DNA of 15,770 nt from the NCBI GenBank assembly GCA_051382335.1, contig JBBCAX010000355.1, positions 1 through 15,770 on the forward strand. Direction: 5' to 3'. The stretch is from Deltaproteobacteria bacterium TL4. GTDB taxonomy: Bacteria > SAR324 > NAC60-12. Position numbers and translations under genes: made by a program. Below are positions 1 to 8,089 of this stretch, one piece after another (positions within the stretch are counted from its first letter, which is position 1; the number at the start of each line of letters is the position of its first letter). The notes under the pieces are model-generated. The model was not told the DNA's origin and did not search any database. It saw only the letters and a program-made list of their open reading frames with translations.

Positions 1-105
1 GAAAATGCAGCAAAGATACTTATGCTACGGTCATATTATAAAGCAGGACGATGGAACTTATTGAAACAGTTGGCAAATTCTCATCTCTCAATCTTGAATG
101 CTTAA
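1..105 (+). CDS. C-terminal end of a probable ISKra4/ISLre2-type (Mutator-like DDE) transposase, truncated by the window edge
   Basis: Frame 1 reads ENAAKILMLRSYYKAGRWNLLKQLANSHLSILNA* (TAA 103-105). This matches the 'NA..ML.LR.....G.W' C-terminal pattern I recall for this transposase group. Not in the ORF track. Confidence 0.6.
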   Translation, partial: ENAAKILMLRSYYKAGRWNLLKQLANSHLSILNA

Positions 106-127
106 CCCGGAAAATGGGAATGCGCCC
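1..127 (+). mobile_element. Right end of an ISKra4/ISLre2-like insertion sequence
   Basis: The transposase-like stop is followed by GGAAAATGGGAATGCGCCC (109-127), resembling the ...AAAxTGxGATGCxCCC right termini of this IS group. The left IR would lie outside the window. Confidence 0.5.
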
Positions 128-159
128 CATCTAACTCTTCCTTTTGAAGTCAGATATAA

Positions 160-1899
160 ATGAATTTTAATATTCGTAAAATGTCCTTTTGGCTATTAAT
201 GCTTGTAATAGCCTGTTATCTACTCACGCCCAGATTTTATGAACCAGGAGGTGAGTCCTGGAAGGCTTGGACTGCGGCAGCATTGTTCAAGAATACCGGA
301 GAGTTTCCTTTGCTATCAATGGGACCTCTTTACTATTTGTATTTGAATTTTTTTTTAATTTTCCCCTATCCTCTCTCTCTCAAAGCTGAATTTTTTATTA
401 CGCATTGTTTGTTTTTCATTACATTTTGGATACTTTGTCGTAAATATCTTACTTCTTATGTGGCATTTCTTCTGGTTTGTGCCTGGATTCCTTCGGTTTC
501 TTTGATTGAAGGAAATAAATATGTAGCTGGGATGGCTCTTTTGGCACTTCATTATTCGTTGGATAGAAATTCTTCCTACTACAAAGGATTCTTCCCACCA
601 TTGTTACTATTGGCTTGTTTAGTAAATCTTGGATATTTGTTTTTCTGGCTAGGGCATGCTTTGGGATATGGATTTGAATATAAATCGCACTATAAAACAT
701 GCTGGAGGGAAAAGGGATGGAAACAAGCTAAACTACCTTTTGCTTTAAAATTATTTTGTTTTATTTTGGTGGGAGCTGTTTGGTTACATCCATCTCATCG
801 TGTGGATAATAACCATTATATGACGAATTATCCTCATACTCCAATAGCCTTGGATTCGGCATTTAATGTTGGATTCTTTCAACTTGGAGATTGGAAGTAT
901 GTAATAAGAAATTATCCTGAATCAGAATGGTTTAAAAAAGATTGGTATTTAACTCATCAAGAAGCTTATGGTAACGCAAAAACTTTCCGAGAAGCTTTAT
1001 TTCAAGCTCCAAAAACTGTTTTTCTCAATCTGAAAGAAAATATTATTCCCTCAGTTTTTTCTGCTGCAATGTTGGTAGTGGGGCCAGCAGTCCAAATTAA
1101 ATATGTTAACAGGGGCATATTCCCTGTTGCTCTTGTTCTCTTATTTTTAGGGATGATCCAATATGTTAGAAATAAATGGGAAAATAAGGATTATCCTCAG
1201 TTGATAAGTCTGGTGGCTGGTAGCTCTGTTTTTATTCTCATACTTTTTTTAACACATTTTACAGAGAGGTACTTTTTGCAATTATTACCAGTGATTACTC
1301 TGGTAATATTCCATATTGATTTTATCAGTTCCAAGAACACCGCCTCTATTTTTATTAACAGATTGGGAATAGTTTTTCATTATAAGAATTTATTCTTTGG
1401 AATAATGGCCGTTAGTATCTTTACCTCATCGCTTTATTCTTATTATTATCCCAAAGGAGTTTCCTCACAAATTATCGCTGTTTTCAGTGGAGAAGGTTGG
1501 ATACAAAGAGGTGAAAACATAACAAAGAATCAAATACCTAGTTGGAATCTTGGATATGCGGGTGTATTTTCAAAAATATCGCCTCACCAACGAATCCTTA
1601 CGGATCAGTCTACGTGGATTAAATCCTTTGCTGATGTCCATTGGGATAATGTATATGATCTGATATATCTTCCTCCCTTTTTGGATAGTGGGGAAACCGG
1701 GCGGTTCCTTGAAACGTTGGATGTGATTCTAATCAGTTATTACCTACCTCAGCCTCAGGCTTCGTGGGGAACTCAATCGTATCTTAGATATCTTTTACAT
1801 ATAAAACCTTTTTTGGATTCAAATGTGGGAAAGACGTGGAAGATGCAAGAGATTGAATATTATGGTTTTATATATGAGCATATAAACACTCGTCAATAG
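160..1899 (+). CDS. Polytopic membrane protein, probable GT-C fold (ArnT/PMT-like) glycosyltransferase using a polyprenyl-phosphate sugar donor
   Basis: 579 aa with many hydrophobic helices. Acidic loop after TM1 (YEPGGESW), a 'GPLYYLYL' motif similar to the ArnT/PMT 'PPLY' motif, a late 'ERYFLQLLP' (RY..P) motif and a soluble C-terminal domain. Confidence 0.6.
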   Translation: MNFNIRKMSFWLLMLVIACYLLTPRFYEPGGESWKAWTAAALFKNTGEFPLLSMGPLYYLYLNFFLIFPYPLSLKAEFFITHCLFFITFWILCRKYLTSYVAFLLVCAWIPSVSLIEGNKYVAGMALLALHYSLDRNSSYYKGFFPPLLLLACLVNLGYLFFWLGHALGYGFEYKSHYKTCWREKGWKQAKLPFALKLFCFILVGAVWLHPSHRVDNNHYMTNYPHTPIALDSAFNVGFFQLGDWKYVIRNYPESEWFKKDWYLTHQEAYGNAKTFREALFQAPKTVFLNLKENIIPSVFSAAMLVVGPAVQIKYVNRGIFPVALVLLFLGMIQYVRNKWENKDYPQLISLVAGSSVFILILFLTHFTERYFLQLLPVITLVIFHIDFISSKNTASIFINRLGIVFHYKNLFFGIMAVSIFTSSLYSYYYPKGVSSQIIAVFSGEGWIQRGENITKNQIPSWNLGYAGVFSKISPHQRILTDQSTWIKSFADVHWDNVYDLIYLPPFLDSGETGRFLETLDVILISYYLPQPQASWGTQSYLRYLLHIKPFLDSNVGKTWKMQEIEYYGFIYEHINTRQ

Positions 1900-1938
1900 T
1901 TCCATTTGGTAGATTTTTTATTCATACTACGAGGCTAT

Positions 1939-3522
1939 ATGAGTAATTTGCGAAATCCTTCATCCGCTTCTGTCCTGATTATCTCACCTCATGTTGTTGT
2001 GCATAACTTAGATGTTCATACAGGTATTCCCTTTATGCCTCATATGGCTGCTCATTTAGCAGGCGCTTTAAATGCACATGGGTATGAAGTACAGGTGATA
2101 GATTGTTTTGGTTACCAACCCCATTTTCGCAGTTTAAAGGGTGAGTTTATGCTGTTAGGTGTAAGTGAAGACTGGGTTGTGGAACATGTCTATCCTGACT
2201 GCAAAATAGCATTTCTTTATTGTAAAACAGTGGAGGATTTAATTTCAATTGAAGCCTTAATAAAGGCTCTTAAGAGACACCATCCTCAAATTAAACTCTG
2301 TGTTTTTGAAAATATTCAAACTGTTAACTCATTCTCTCTGAAGTCTCTGGTTCCTGAGTTATTAGAGATTGGAACAGATGTTGCCATTTTAGGGGAACCA
2401 GAGTTGAGATGTCATGATATTGCTCAGGCATTGATTACAGGACAACCGCTCAACTTAATTCCTGGAATTGCCTACTGGGAAAATGACATAATCCGTCTTA
2501 ATAAAGAGGAGTCTTTCAATAATAACTTAGATGATTTACCCTTCCCCTTATGGGAGAAATTCCCTTTAGAAGGATATTGGATCGCACGATTTGCTCACGC
2601 TCCTGTCAAAAACGAAAAGTTCCTTCCTATTCTTACTTCGCGGGGGTGTCCCTATAAATGCACTTTTTGCATTGCTCCTACACTTAATCCTCGCTGGAGA
2701 TCACGTTCAGCAAAGAATGTAGTAGATGAAATGGAGTATTTTTATAAGACTTTGGGGGTGTCTGATTTTCATATTTCTGATTTGGATCCTACTATTGATG
2801 AAACACGAACCCAGAATATTTGTGAGGAAATTATTGCTAGAAAACTGCCAGTTAGTTGGAAAATTGCACAAGGTACTAAAATTGAGACGATTAAAAATAC
2901 CCTGACGTTAGAAAAAATGGCTCAAGCTGGTTGTAAATTTTTCTCTTTTTCTCCAGAAACAGGTTCTCCAAAGTTGTTAAAAATAATGAAAAAACCATTT
3001 AACCATGAGCATGCCCTGAATATGGTTCGATCCATGAACCAATTAGGAATTCGTATGCAGGCATGTTTTATTGCGGGAGTTCCTGGAGAAGATGAGGAAG
3101 ATCGTCAAATAAGTATAGAATATGTAAAAAAATTGGTGATTGCCGGTGTTGATGAGATTGCTGTAACTATTTTTACACCGCTTCCCGGTGCCGCTTTGTC
3201 TGATGCTATTGAAGGTTGGACACATCACTCTCAGCTCACGCATTCCCCTACATGGAGAAAAGATTATTCTGAAATTCAGCATTATCGTATGCGTATGTAT
3301 CGAACATTTTTTCTATGGAAATTATTATACTTTCCAAAAAAAGTAGTTAGGGAAATTTATGGTTTGTTGACGGGCAATTTTGAAACAAAAATGGAGATGT
3401 CATTGTATAAATATTTAAAGTTACGATTATTACGCTGGGCTCCATGGATATTTAGAAAACTTGCTACAGAAAAGATGCTTCTTGAACTCAAACAAAGAAA
3501 GCGATCCAATTCAATCTGCTAA
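1939..3522 (+). CDS. Cobalamin (B12)-binding domain radical SAM protein (class B methylase-like)
   Basis: 'TSRGCPYKCTFC' CxxxCxxC motif, N-terminal B12-binding-type domain (HLAGAL..GYEVQVID; GEPE; LDDLPFPLW), plus 'RSAKNVVDEM', 'ETGS..LLKIMKK' and 'FIAGVPGE'. Start moved from TTG 1906 to ATG 1939, which follows GAGG at 1931-1934. Confidence 0.9.
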   Translation: MSNLRNPSSASVLIISPHVVVHNLDVHTGIPFMPHMAAHLAGALNAHGYEVQVIDCFGYQPHFRSLKGEFMLLGVSEDWVVEHVYPDCKIAFLYCKTVEDLISIEALIKALKRHHPQIKLCVFENIQTVNSFSLKSLVPELLEIGTDVAILGEPELRCHDIAQALITGQPLNLIPGIAYWENDIIRLNKEESFNNNLDDLPFPLWEKFPLEGYWIARFAHAPVKNEKFLPILTSRGCPYKCTFCIAPTLNPRWRSRSAKNVVDEMEYFYKTLGVSDFHISDLDPTIDETRTQNICEEIIARKLPVSWKIAQGTKIETIKNTLTLEKMAQAGCKFFSFSPETGSPKLLKIMKKPFNHEHALNMVRSMNQLGIRMQACFIAGVPGEDEEDRQISIEYVKKLVIAGVDEIAVTIFTPLPGAALSDAIEGWTHHSQLTHSPTWRKDYSEIQHYRMRMYRTFFLWKLLYFPKKVVREIYGLLTGNFETKMEMSLYKYLKLRLLRWAPWIFRKLATEKMLLELKQRKRSNSIC

Positions 3523-3560
3523 CTGAGAGAATGAGTTAGCTCCCTCTTGAAAGAAATCAT

Positions 3561-4502
3561 ATGTCTCCATATCTTCAAATTGCCAGGCCAGATCATTGGG
3601 TAAAACATGTCTTCATTATTCCAGGTATTATTTTGGGAATGGTCTTGGATGAACACTGTGTTTTTTCAGTACTTACCGTTGTAGTTGGTTTTTTCAGTAG
3701 TTGCCTGATTGCCTCAGCAAATTATGTAATTAACGAATACTGTGATGCGGAATTTGACCGTTATCATCCGACAAAACATACACGTCCTGTTGCTGCGGGG
3801 ACCGTGAAGAACTTTCTTGTTCTTATTGAGTTTAGTGGCTTAGTAATGAGTGGATTAATTTTAGCATGGACTGTCTCTGTACAGTTTTGGGGGACATCCT
3901 TTTTGTTTTTTATTATGGGTCTGGTCTATAATGTGAAACCTTTTCGATTTAAAGACATGATCTATCTTGATGTAATAACAGAATCTTTCAATAATCCGTT
4001 GAGAATGATTTTAGGATGGTCGATGGTTGCCTCCTCTACGTTACCGCCAAATAGTTTATTGATTTCATACTGGTTTGGAGGGGCTTTCTTAATGTCGTGT
4101 AAACGGCTTTCTGAGTATCGAGAACTTTCTGGCTTAGGTAAGATAGAAGAACTAAAGATGTATCGAAAATCGTTCAGGGCTTATACTGAAAACACGCTTA
4201 TAGCCTCTACATTTCTTTATGCCTTGGTATCGTCATTCTTTGCGAGTGCATTTCTGATCAAGTACAGGAATGAATACCTTTTAGTTTTTCCTGTATTTGC
4301 CAGTCTTTTTACATATTATCTGTATATCTCCCTCAAAGCTCTTTCTATTGTTCAAACACCAGAAAAACTGCATAAAGATAAAATTCTCATTGGAATCGTA
4401 ATGTGTGCTGTTGCATTATTGATAGTGCTAACGATTGTAGATGTTCCACTAGCACAAAAAATAATAGGGGTAGATCAGAAATTGAACTACAAGTTTTGGT
4501 AA
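3561..4502 (+). CDS. UbiA-family prenyltransferase, decaprenyl/polyprenyl-phosphate phosphoribosyltransferase (Rv3806c-like) type
   Basis: 'ARPDHWVKH', 'YVINEYCDAEFDRYHPTKHTRPVAAG' (Asp-rich motif plus HP.K..RP), 'KR..E' and 'R..FRAY' motifs, and multiple TM helices. These are typical of the phosphoribosyltransferase subgroup of UbiA. Confidence 0.85.
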   Translation: MSPYLQIARPDHWVKHVFIIPGIILGMVLDEHCVFSVLTVVVGFFSSCLIASANYVINEYCDAEFDRYHPTKHTRPVAAGTVKNFLVLIEFSGLVMSGLILAWTVSVQFWGTSFLFFIMGLVYNVKPFRFKDMIYLDVITESFNNPLRMILGWSMVASSTLPPNSLLISYWFGGAFLMSCKRLSEYRELSGLGKIEELKMYRKSFRAYTENTLIASTFLYALVSSFFASAFLIKYRNEYLLVFPVFASLFTYYLYISLKALSIVQTPEKLHKDKILIGIVMCAVALLIVLTIVDVPLAQKIIGVDQKLNYKFW

Positions 4503-4523
4503 CAACTGGATCAAGAGAAAATT

Positions 4524-5276
4524 ATGAAAAAAACATATGTTCCAACTTCTGAGCAAACTAGCCAATTCTATGATAACCTCCTGGAAGGAAAAGAAAAGCG
4601 TGGAATGTTTGGAAAGGATCAAAGATTTAATGCAATGCGTGTTTATAGTCGTCCATCGACTCGTAAGTATTTTGTTGATGTGGTCAGACCTTATGTTCAG
4701 GAATCAGATAGAATATTGGATTTTGGATGTGGCAGTGGAGCCTTTCTCTGTAGTATTGCATCTTTTTGCCGTGAAATTGTTGGTGTGGACATTAGTCAAA
4801 AATTTGTCGAGGAGACACAAACTGCTATCCAGATGTGTGAATTAAAAAATGCTAAATCAATGCATATTCCTGTAAATACTCTTCCCTTTGAAGATAAATC
4901 TTTTGATGTATTGATGATGATTGATGTTATTCATCATCTAGAAAATATTCATCAAACACTTACAGAAGCGTTTAGAGTACTCAAAGACGATGGAAAGATT
5001 ATTATCTATGAGCCAAATAAACTAAATCCATTACTCTATTTTTTACATTATATTGATCCTAATGAACGAGGTTTATTGAAATTGGGAAGTCCATTCCAAT
5101 ATCGTAAAGTCTTGTCCTCTTATATGAAAATCCAAGAAATTTCGTTTAATGGTATTGTGATTGGGCCAGAGTCTTCTTTATTTACCCTCATGTCAGAAAT
5201 TTTGAATTATCCTCCTCTAAAACCCATTTTGGGTTGGTTGAATCCGAAAATGTTCATTGGGGGGACTAAAAAATAA
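4524..5276 (+). CDS. Class I SAM-dependent methyltransferase
   Basis: 'ILDFGCGSG' motif I, 'VGVDIS', 'LPFEDKSFDV', 'VIHHL' and 'RVLKDDG'. Confidence 0.9.
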   Translation: MKKTYVPTSEQTSQFYDNLLEGKEKRGMFGKDQRFNAMRVYSRPSTRKYFVDVVRPYVQESDRILDFGCGSGAFLCSIASFCREIVGVDISQKFVEETQTAIQMCELKNAKSMHIPVNTLPFEDKSFDVLMMIDVIHHLENIHQTLTEAFRVLKDDGKIIIYEPNKLNPLLYFLHYIDPNERGLLKLGSPFQYRKVLSSYMKIQEISFNGIVIGPESSLFTLMSEILNYPPLKPILGWLNPKMFIGGTKK

Positions 5277-5329
5277 TAAAAGTGCCTCTGTCTCTCTATC
5301 TTTTTCCTTACAAACAAGAGTTATGTTAT

Positions 5330-6376
5330 ATGGAATATGTAAATATTACTTCAATTCAAAATTCTAACTCGGCAAAAATCTCCCCTCCTCTGATCCCTGA
5401 TACTCCGGAAGGACATGTGCTTACCACAGATCAACTTGAACTCATTTCTGGAACAGAACTGGTTCAAAAGGCAGTTCAAAAAAATGAATTTCTACTACCC
5501 TTGAAAAGGTATAGTCCTATTAAAAAAACGGAGCGTTTCCCCAAACGGGTTTTATTGGAATTAACCAGTAAATGTAATAGTTTTTGTACCATGTGTCCTC
5601 GTAATACGCTGACACGGGAAGAACAACACATGGACACCTCCCTGGCAAAAAAAATCATTCAACAATTAGCCGAAGTTGGAATTAGCGGACTGTGGTTATA
5701 TAACATTGGCGAATCCTTGCTCCATCCGGATTTTTTTGAAATCCTGAAGTTCTGTCGGAAATTTGATAATTTGGGAACGATCTGGCTCAGTACGAATGGA
5801 GCCATACTCAACTCACAATTGATTGATAAATTATTTAAAATTCCAGTTGATATTTTGAATTACTCTGTCAATGCCATGTCTGAAGAACAATATAAAAAGA
5901 TCAATCCTTCTTTAAGTTTTCAAAGGGTTCAGGCAAACCTTAAACAGCTCTTGCAACGGAAAAAAGAATTGGGCGTATCCAAACCTCTGCTTCGACTTCA
6001 AATGATTGAGATGCCGTTTGTCTTGCATGAAATTGAGGAGTTTAAAAAAGTTTTTGGTCCTCAGGCGGATATGATCAGTATCAATAAACTGGAAGTTTTT
6101 AATCAGGATGTTTTAAGCTTAGAAAAAAACACAACCAATACTCAAATCACAAAATGCAATCGCCTTGAACGAGAAGATTTCTTCATTTTTTCGGATGGCT
6201 CGGTTTCCTGTTGTGATACTGATTTCAACTGTACCATGAATGTTGGTAATTTAGGGGTCAGTACTCTGAAGGAAATTTTTGAGGGAGAAAAATATCAGGG
6301 TATCCTGCAACAATATCGAGACGGGTTGTTACACCTGCATCCTCTTTGCTCTACCTGCAAAGATTATAACCTATAG
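5330..6376 (+). CDS. Radical SAM protein with a C-terminal SPASM/twitch domain
   Basis: 'ELTSKCNSFCTMC', 'GESLLHPDF', 'STNG', and C-terminal 'CNRL...DGSVSCCDTD...VGNL...CSTC'. ATG 5330 is preferred over GTG 5282, but the start is uncertain. Confidence 0.9.
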   Translation: MEYVNITSIQNSNSAKISPPLIPDTPEGHVLTTDQLELISGTELVQKAVQKNEFLLPLKRYSPIKKTERFPKRVLLELTSKCNSFCTMCPRNTLTREEQHMDTSLAKKIIQQLAEVGISGLWLYNIGESLLHPDFFEILKFCRKFDNLGTIWLSTNGAILNSQLIDKLFKIPVDILNYSVNAMSEEQYKKINPSLSFQRVQANLKQLLQRKKELGVSKPLLRLQMIEMPFVLHEIEEFKKVFGPQADMISINKLEVFNQDVLSLEKNTTNTQITKCNRLEREDFFIFSDGSVSCCDTDFNCTMNVGNLGVSTLKEIFEGEKYQGILQQYRDGLLHLHPLCSTCKDYNL

Positions 6377-6393
6377 ATCACTCTCAAAACTTC

Positions 6394-7458
6394 ATGCACA
6401 TCATCAATGCGTCACATTCCCAATTTCATTTATGCTGGGACCAACTTTTTCATGAAAGTGAATTCCAATATCCCCTCTATACGCCAGCCAGCCTTGCGTT
6501 CTATAAGGAATATGGGGTTCCTCTCCTTTTTGAGGATCTTTCTTTTGTAATAATGAATGGAGAATCCCCTGTTTTGGGGATCTTGATGACGGTCCATACT
6601 CTGAATGGAAATCAAGAACTGTCTTGTTGTGGGCTGCCTGTTTTTTATTTGGAAAATCCCCATATCAACTCTTCTGAAATGGGAGCCGCATATAAACTTC
6701 TAAAAGAAAAAATGCATGAATGGCTTCACCACAAAGGGTTGGGAACCGTTGTGTATCAAGATTTTTTGGGAGGAGGCACTCTCTCTTTTTTGGGTCGATT
6801 CCTTTTAGAGGGAGGTGCTCAGGGAACCCCCTTCTTTACACAGCTTATTGATTTAACGCTCTCTCCGGACGAATTATATCGACAGGTTCGTAAAAGTTAT
6901 AAAAGTCTGATCAATTGGGGAAAAAAGAACCTGGTTATCGAGTGTTTTCATCATCAAAATATGACACCTTCTGTGATGGAAGGTTTTAGACAATTGCATC
7001 TTCATGCGGCTGGTAAAGAAACTCGCTCTCATAGTACATGGGATAAGCATTATGAGATGGTACTGAACCAGGAAGCATTTGTTCTCACAGGCAAATTGAG
7101 TGAACAACTAGTAACCGCCGCCTTTTTTTCTTTCAGTTCCAAATATTGTTACTATGGAGTTTCCGCGTCAAATCGGGATCTGTTTGATAAACCACTGTCT
7201 CACGCGATTTTGTGGCAAGCGGTCCTATATGCTCAAGAACTGGGCTGTCACTGGTTTGAAACAGGAACACAATTCTTTATGCGTCAACCCCCGAATCTGC
7301 ATTCTCATGTGGATAGAGTTTCTCATCATAAAGAGGAAGCGAAACTCTCTTCATTCATTTTGCCTAACGCTAAAGAACTCAATATCAGTTCCTTCAAACA
7401 TGGGTTGGGAGGAACAACTCAGGTGCGGTTGAATATTTTGTGGAAATCTCATACTTGA
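6394..7458 (+). CDS. FemAB-like / GNAT (BioF2-like acetyltransferase) family protein
   Basis: 'IDLTLSPDEL...VRKSYKSLINWG', 'YYGVSASNRDLFDKPLSH', 'FETG' and 'ISSFKHGLGG' are typical of FemAB/GNAT proteins in polysaccharide loci. Confidence 0.75.
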   Translation: MHIINASHSQFHLCWDQLFHESEFQYPLYTPASLAFYKEYGVPLLFEDLSFVIMNGESPVLGILMTVHTLNGNQELSCCGLPVFYLENPHINSSEMGAAYKLLKEKMHEWLHHKGLGTVVYQDFLGGGTLSFLGRFLLEGGAQGTPFFTQLIDLTLSPDELYRQVRKSYKSLINWGKKNLVIECFHHQNMTPSVMEGFRQLHLHAAGKETRSHSTWDKHYEMVLNQEAFVLTGKLSEQLVTAAFFSFSSKYCYYGVSASNRDLFDKPLSHAILWQAVLYAQELGCHWFETGTQFFMRQPPNLHSHVDRVSHHKEEAKLSSFILPNAKELNISSFKHGLGGTTQVRLNILWKSHT

Positions 7459-7607
7459 GTCCACTCCGAAAAGTCTAAAAGGACGATTTTAGACACATTT
7501 TGAAGAAAATTTAAAACTTGTGGTCTAATGATTTCAATAGGTTAGAAAAACTATAAATCATTAAAAACCTTTTATCGTATCTTATTCGGACTTTTCGGAG
7601 TGGACTC
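7457..7607. mobile_element. 151-bp MITE (non-autonomous IS derivative)
   Basis: Perfect 19-bp terminal IRs GAGTCCACTCCGAAAAGTC (7457-7475) and GACTTTTCGGAGTGGACTC (7589-7607). Flanking direct repeat ATACTT (7451-7456, 7608-7613). Internal IR TAATGATTT (7526-7534) / AAATCATTA (7555-7563). Confidence 0.9.
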
Positions 7608-7812
7608 ATACTTTATAAACTGAGGTTCATTTCAATCAGAGTGAGATTCGTCTTATGAAATTAGAACTGATTTTAGCGAAAAAGCAAAGAGAGTTTGAGT
7701 CAATCAATGAATTAATGGCTAAGAGGCACTGGTTCAGTTCAATTCCTATGAATAACCGACTGTTTGAATAAATAATGTTATCTGAGTAAATATTCGCCGA
7801 AGTACGTTGAGA

Positions 7813-7917
7813 CCATAGTCATCGATTCGCCAAAAGAGAGTTCGGATTCAACTCCGCTCAGCCTGTCGAAGCTGGATTTCTTGGGAATCTCCCTTTTTGG
7901 CCAAACGATGACTATGG
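7813..7917. repeat. 105-bp inverted-repeat element (MITE/REP-like)
   Basis: CCATAGTCATCG (7813-7824) and CGATGACTATGG (7906-7917) form a perfect 12-bp IR, extending to 21/23. The interior contains CTCAGCCTGTCGAAG, similar to a widespread ..GAGCCTGTCGAAG REP-type motif. No clear target duplication. Confidence 0.65.
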
Positions 7918-7918
7918 C

Positions 7919-8065
7919 CAGTTAAAGTATTATCCCTATGTTCATCCTGAGTATCGCCAATGTTTCCCTGTCTTTATTCCATATCTGTCTGCTCTGGATC
8001 TCCTGTTGAATGAGGGGGACAACAGTTTGAGTATTCTGAGATCCGGGCAAAGAGAAATTCTTTAG
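7919..8065 (+). pseudogene. C-terminal remnant of a WbqC-family protein
   Basis: Reads QLKYYPYVHPEYRQCFPVFIPYLSALDLLLNEGDNSLSILRSGQREIL*, which carries the WbqC C-terminal signature HP.Y.Q...F.P.LS.LDLL.N.G. It has no start or N-terminus and begins at the right arm of the 7813-7917 element. Confidence 0.75.
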
Positions 8066-8089
8066 GTTCCCTTTAATAGAGTTGAGTCA

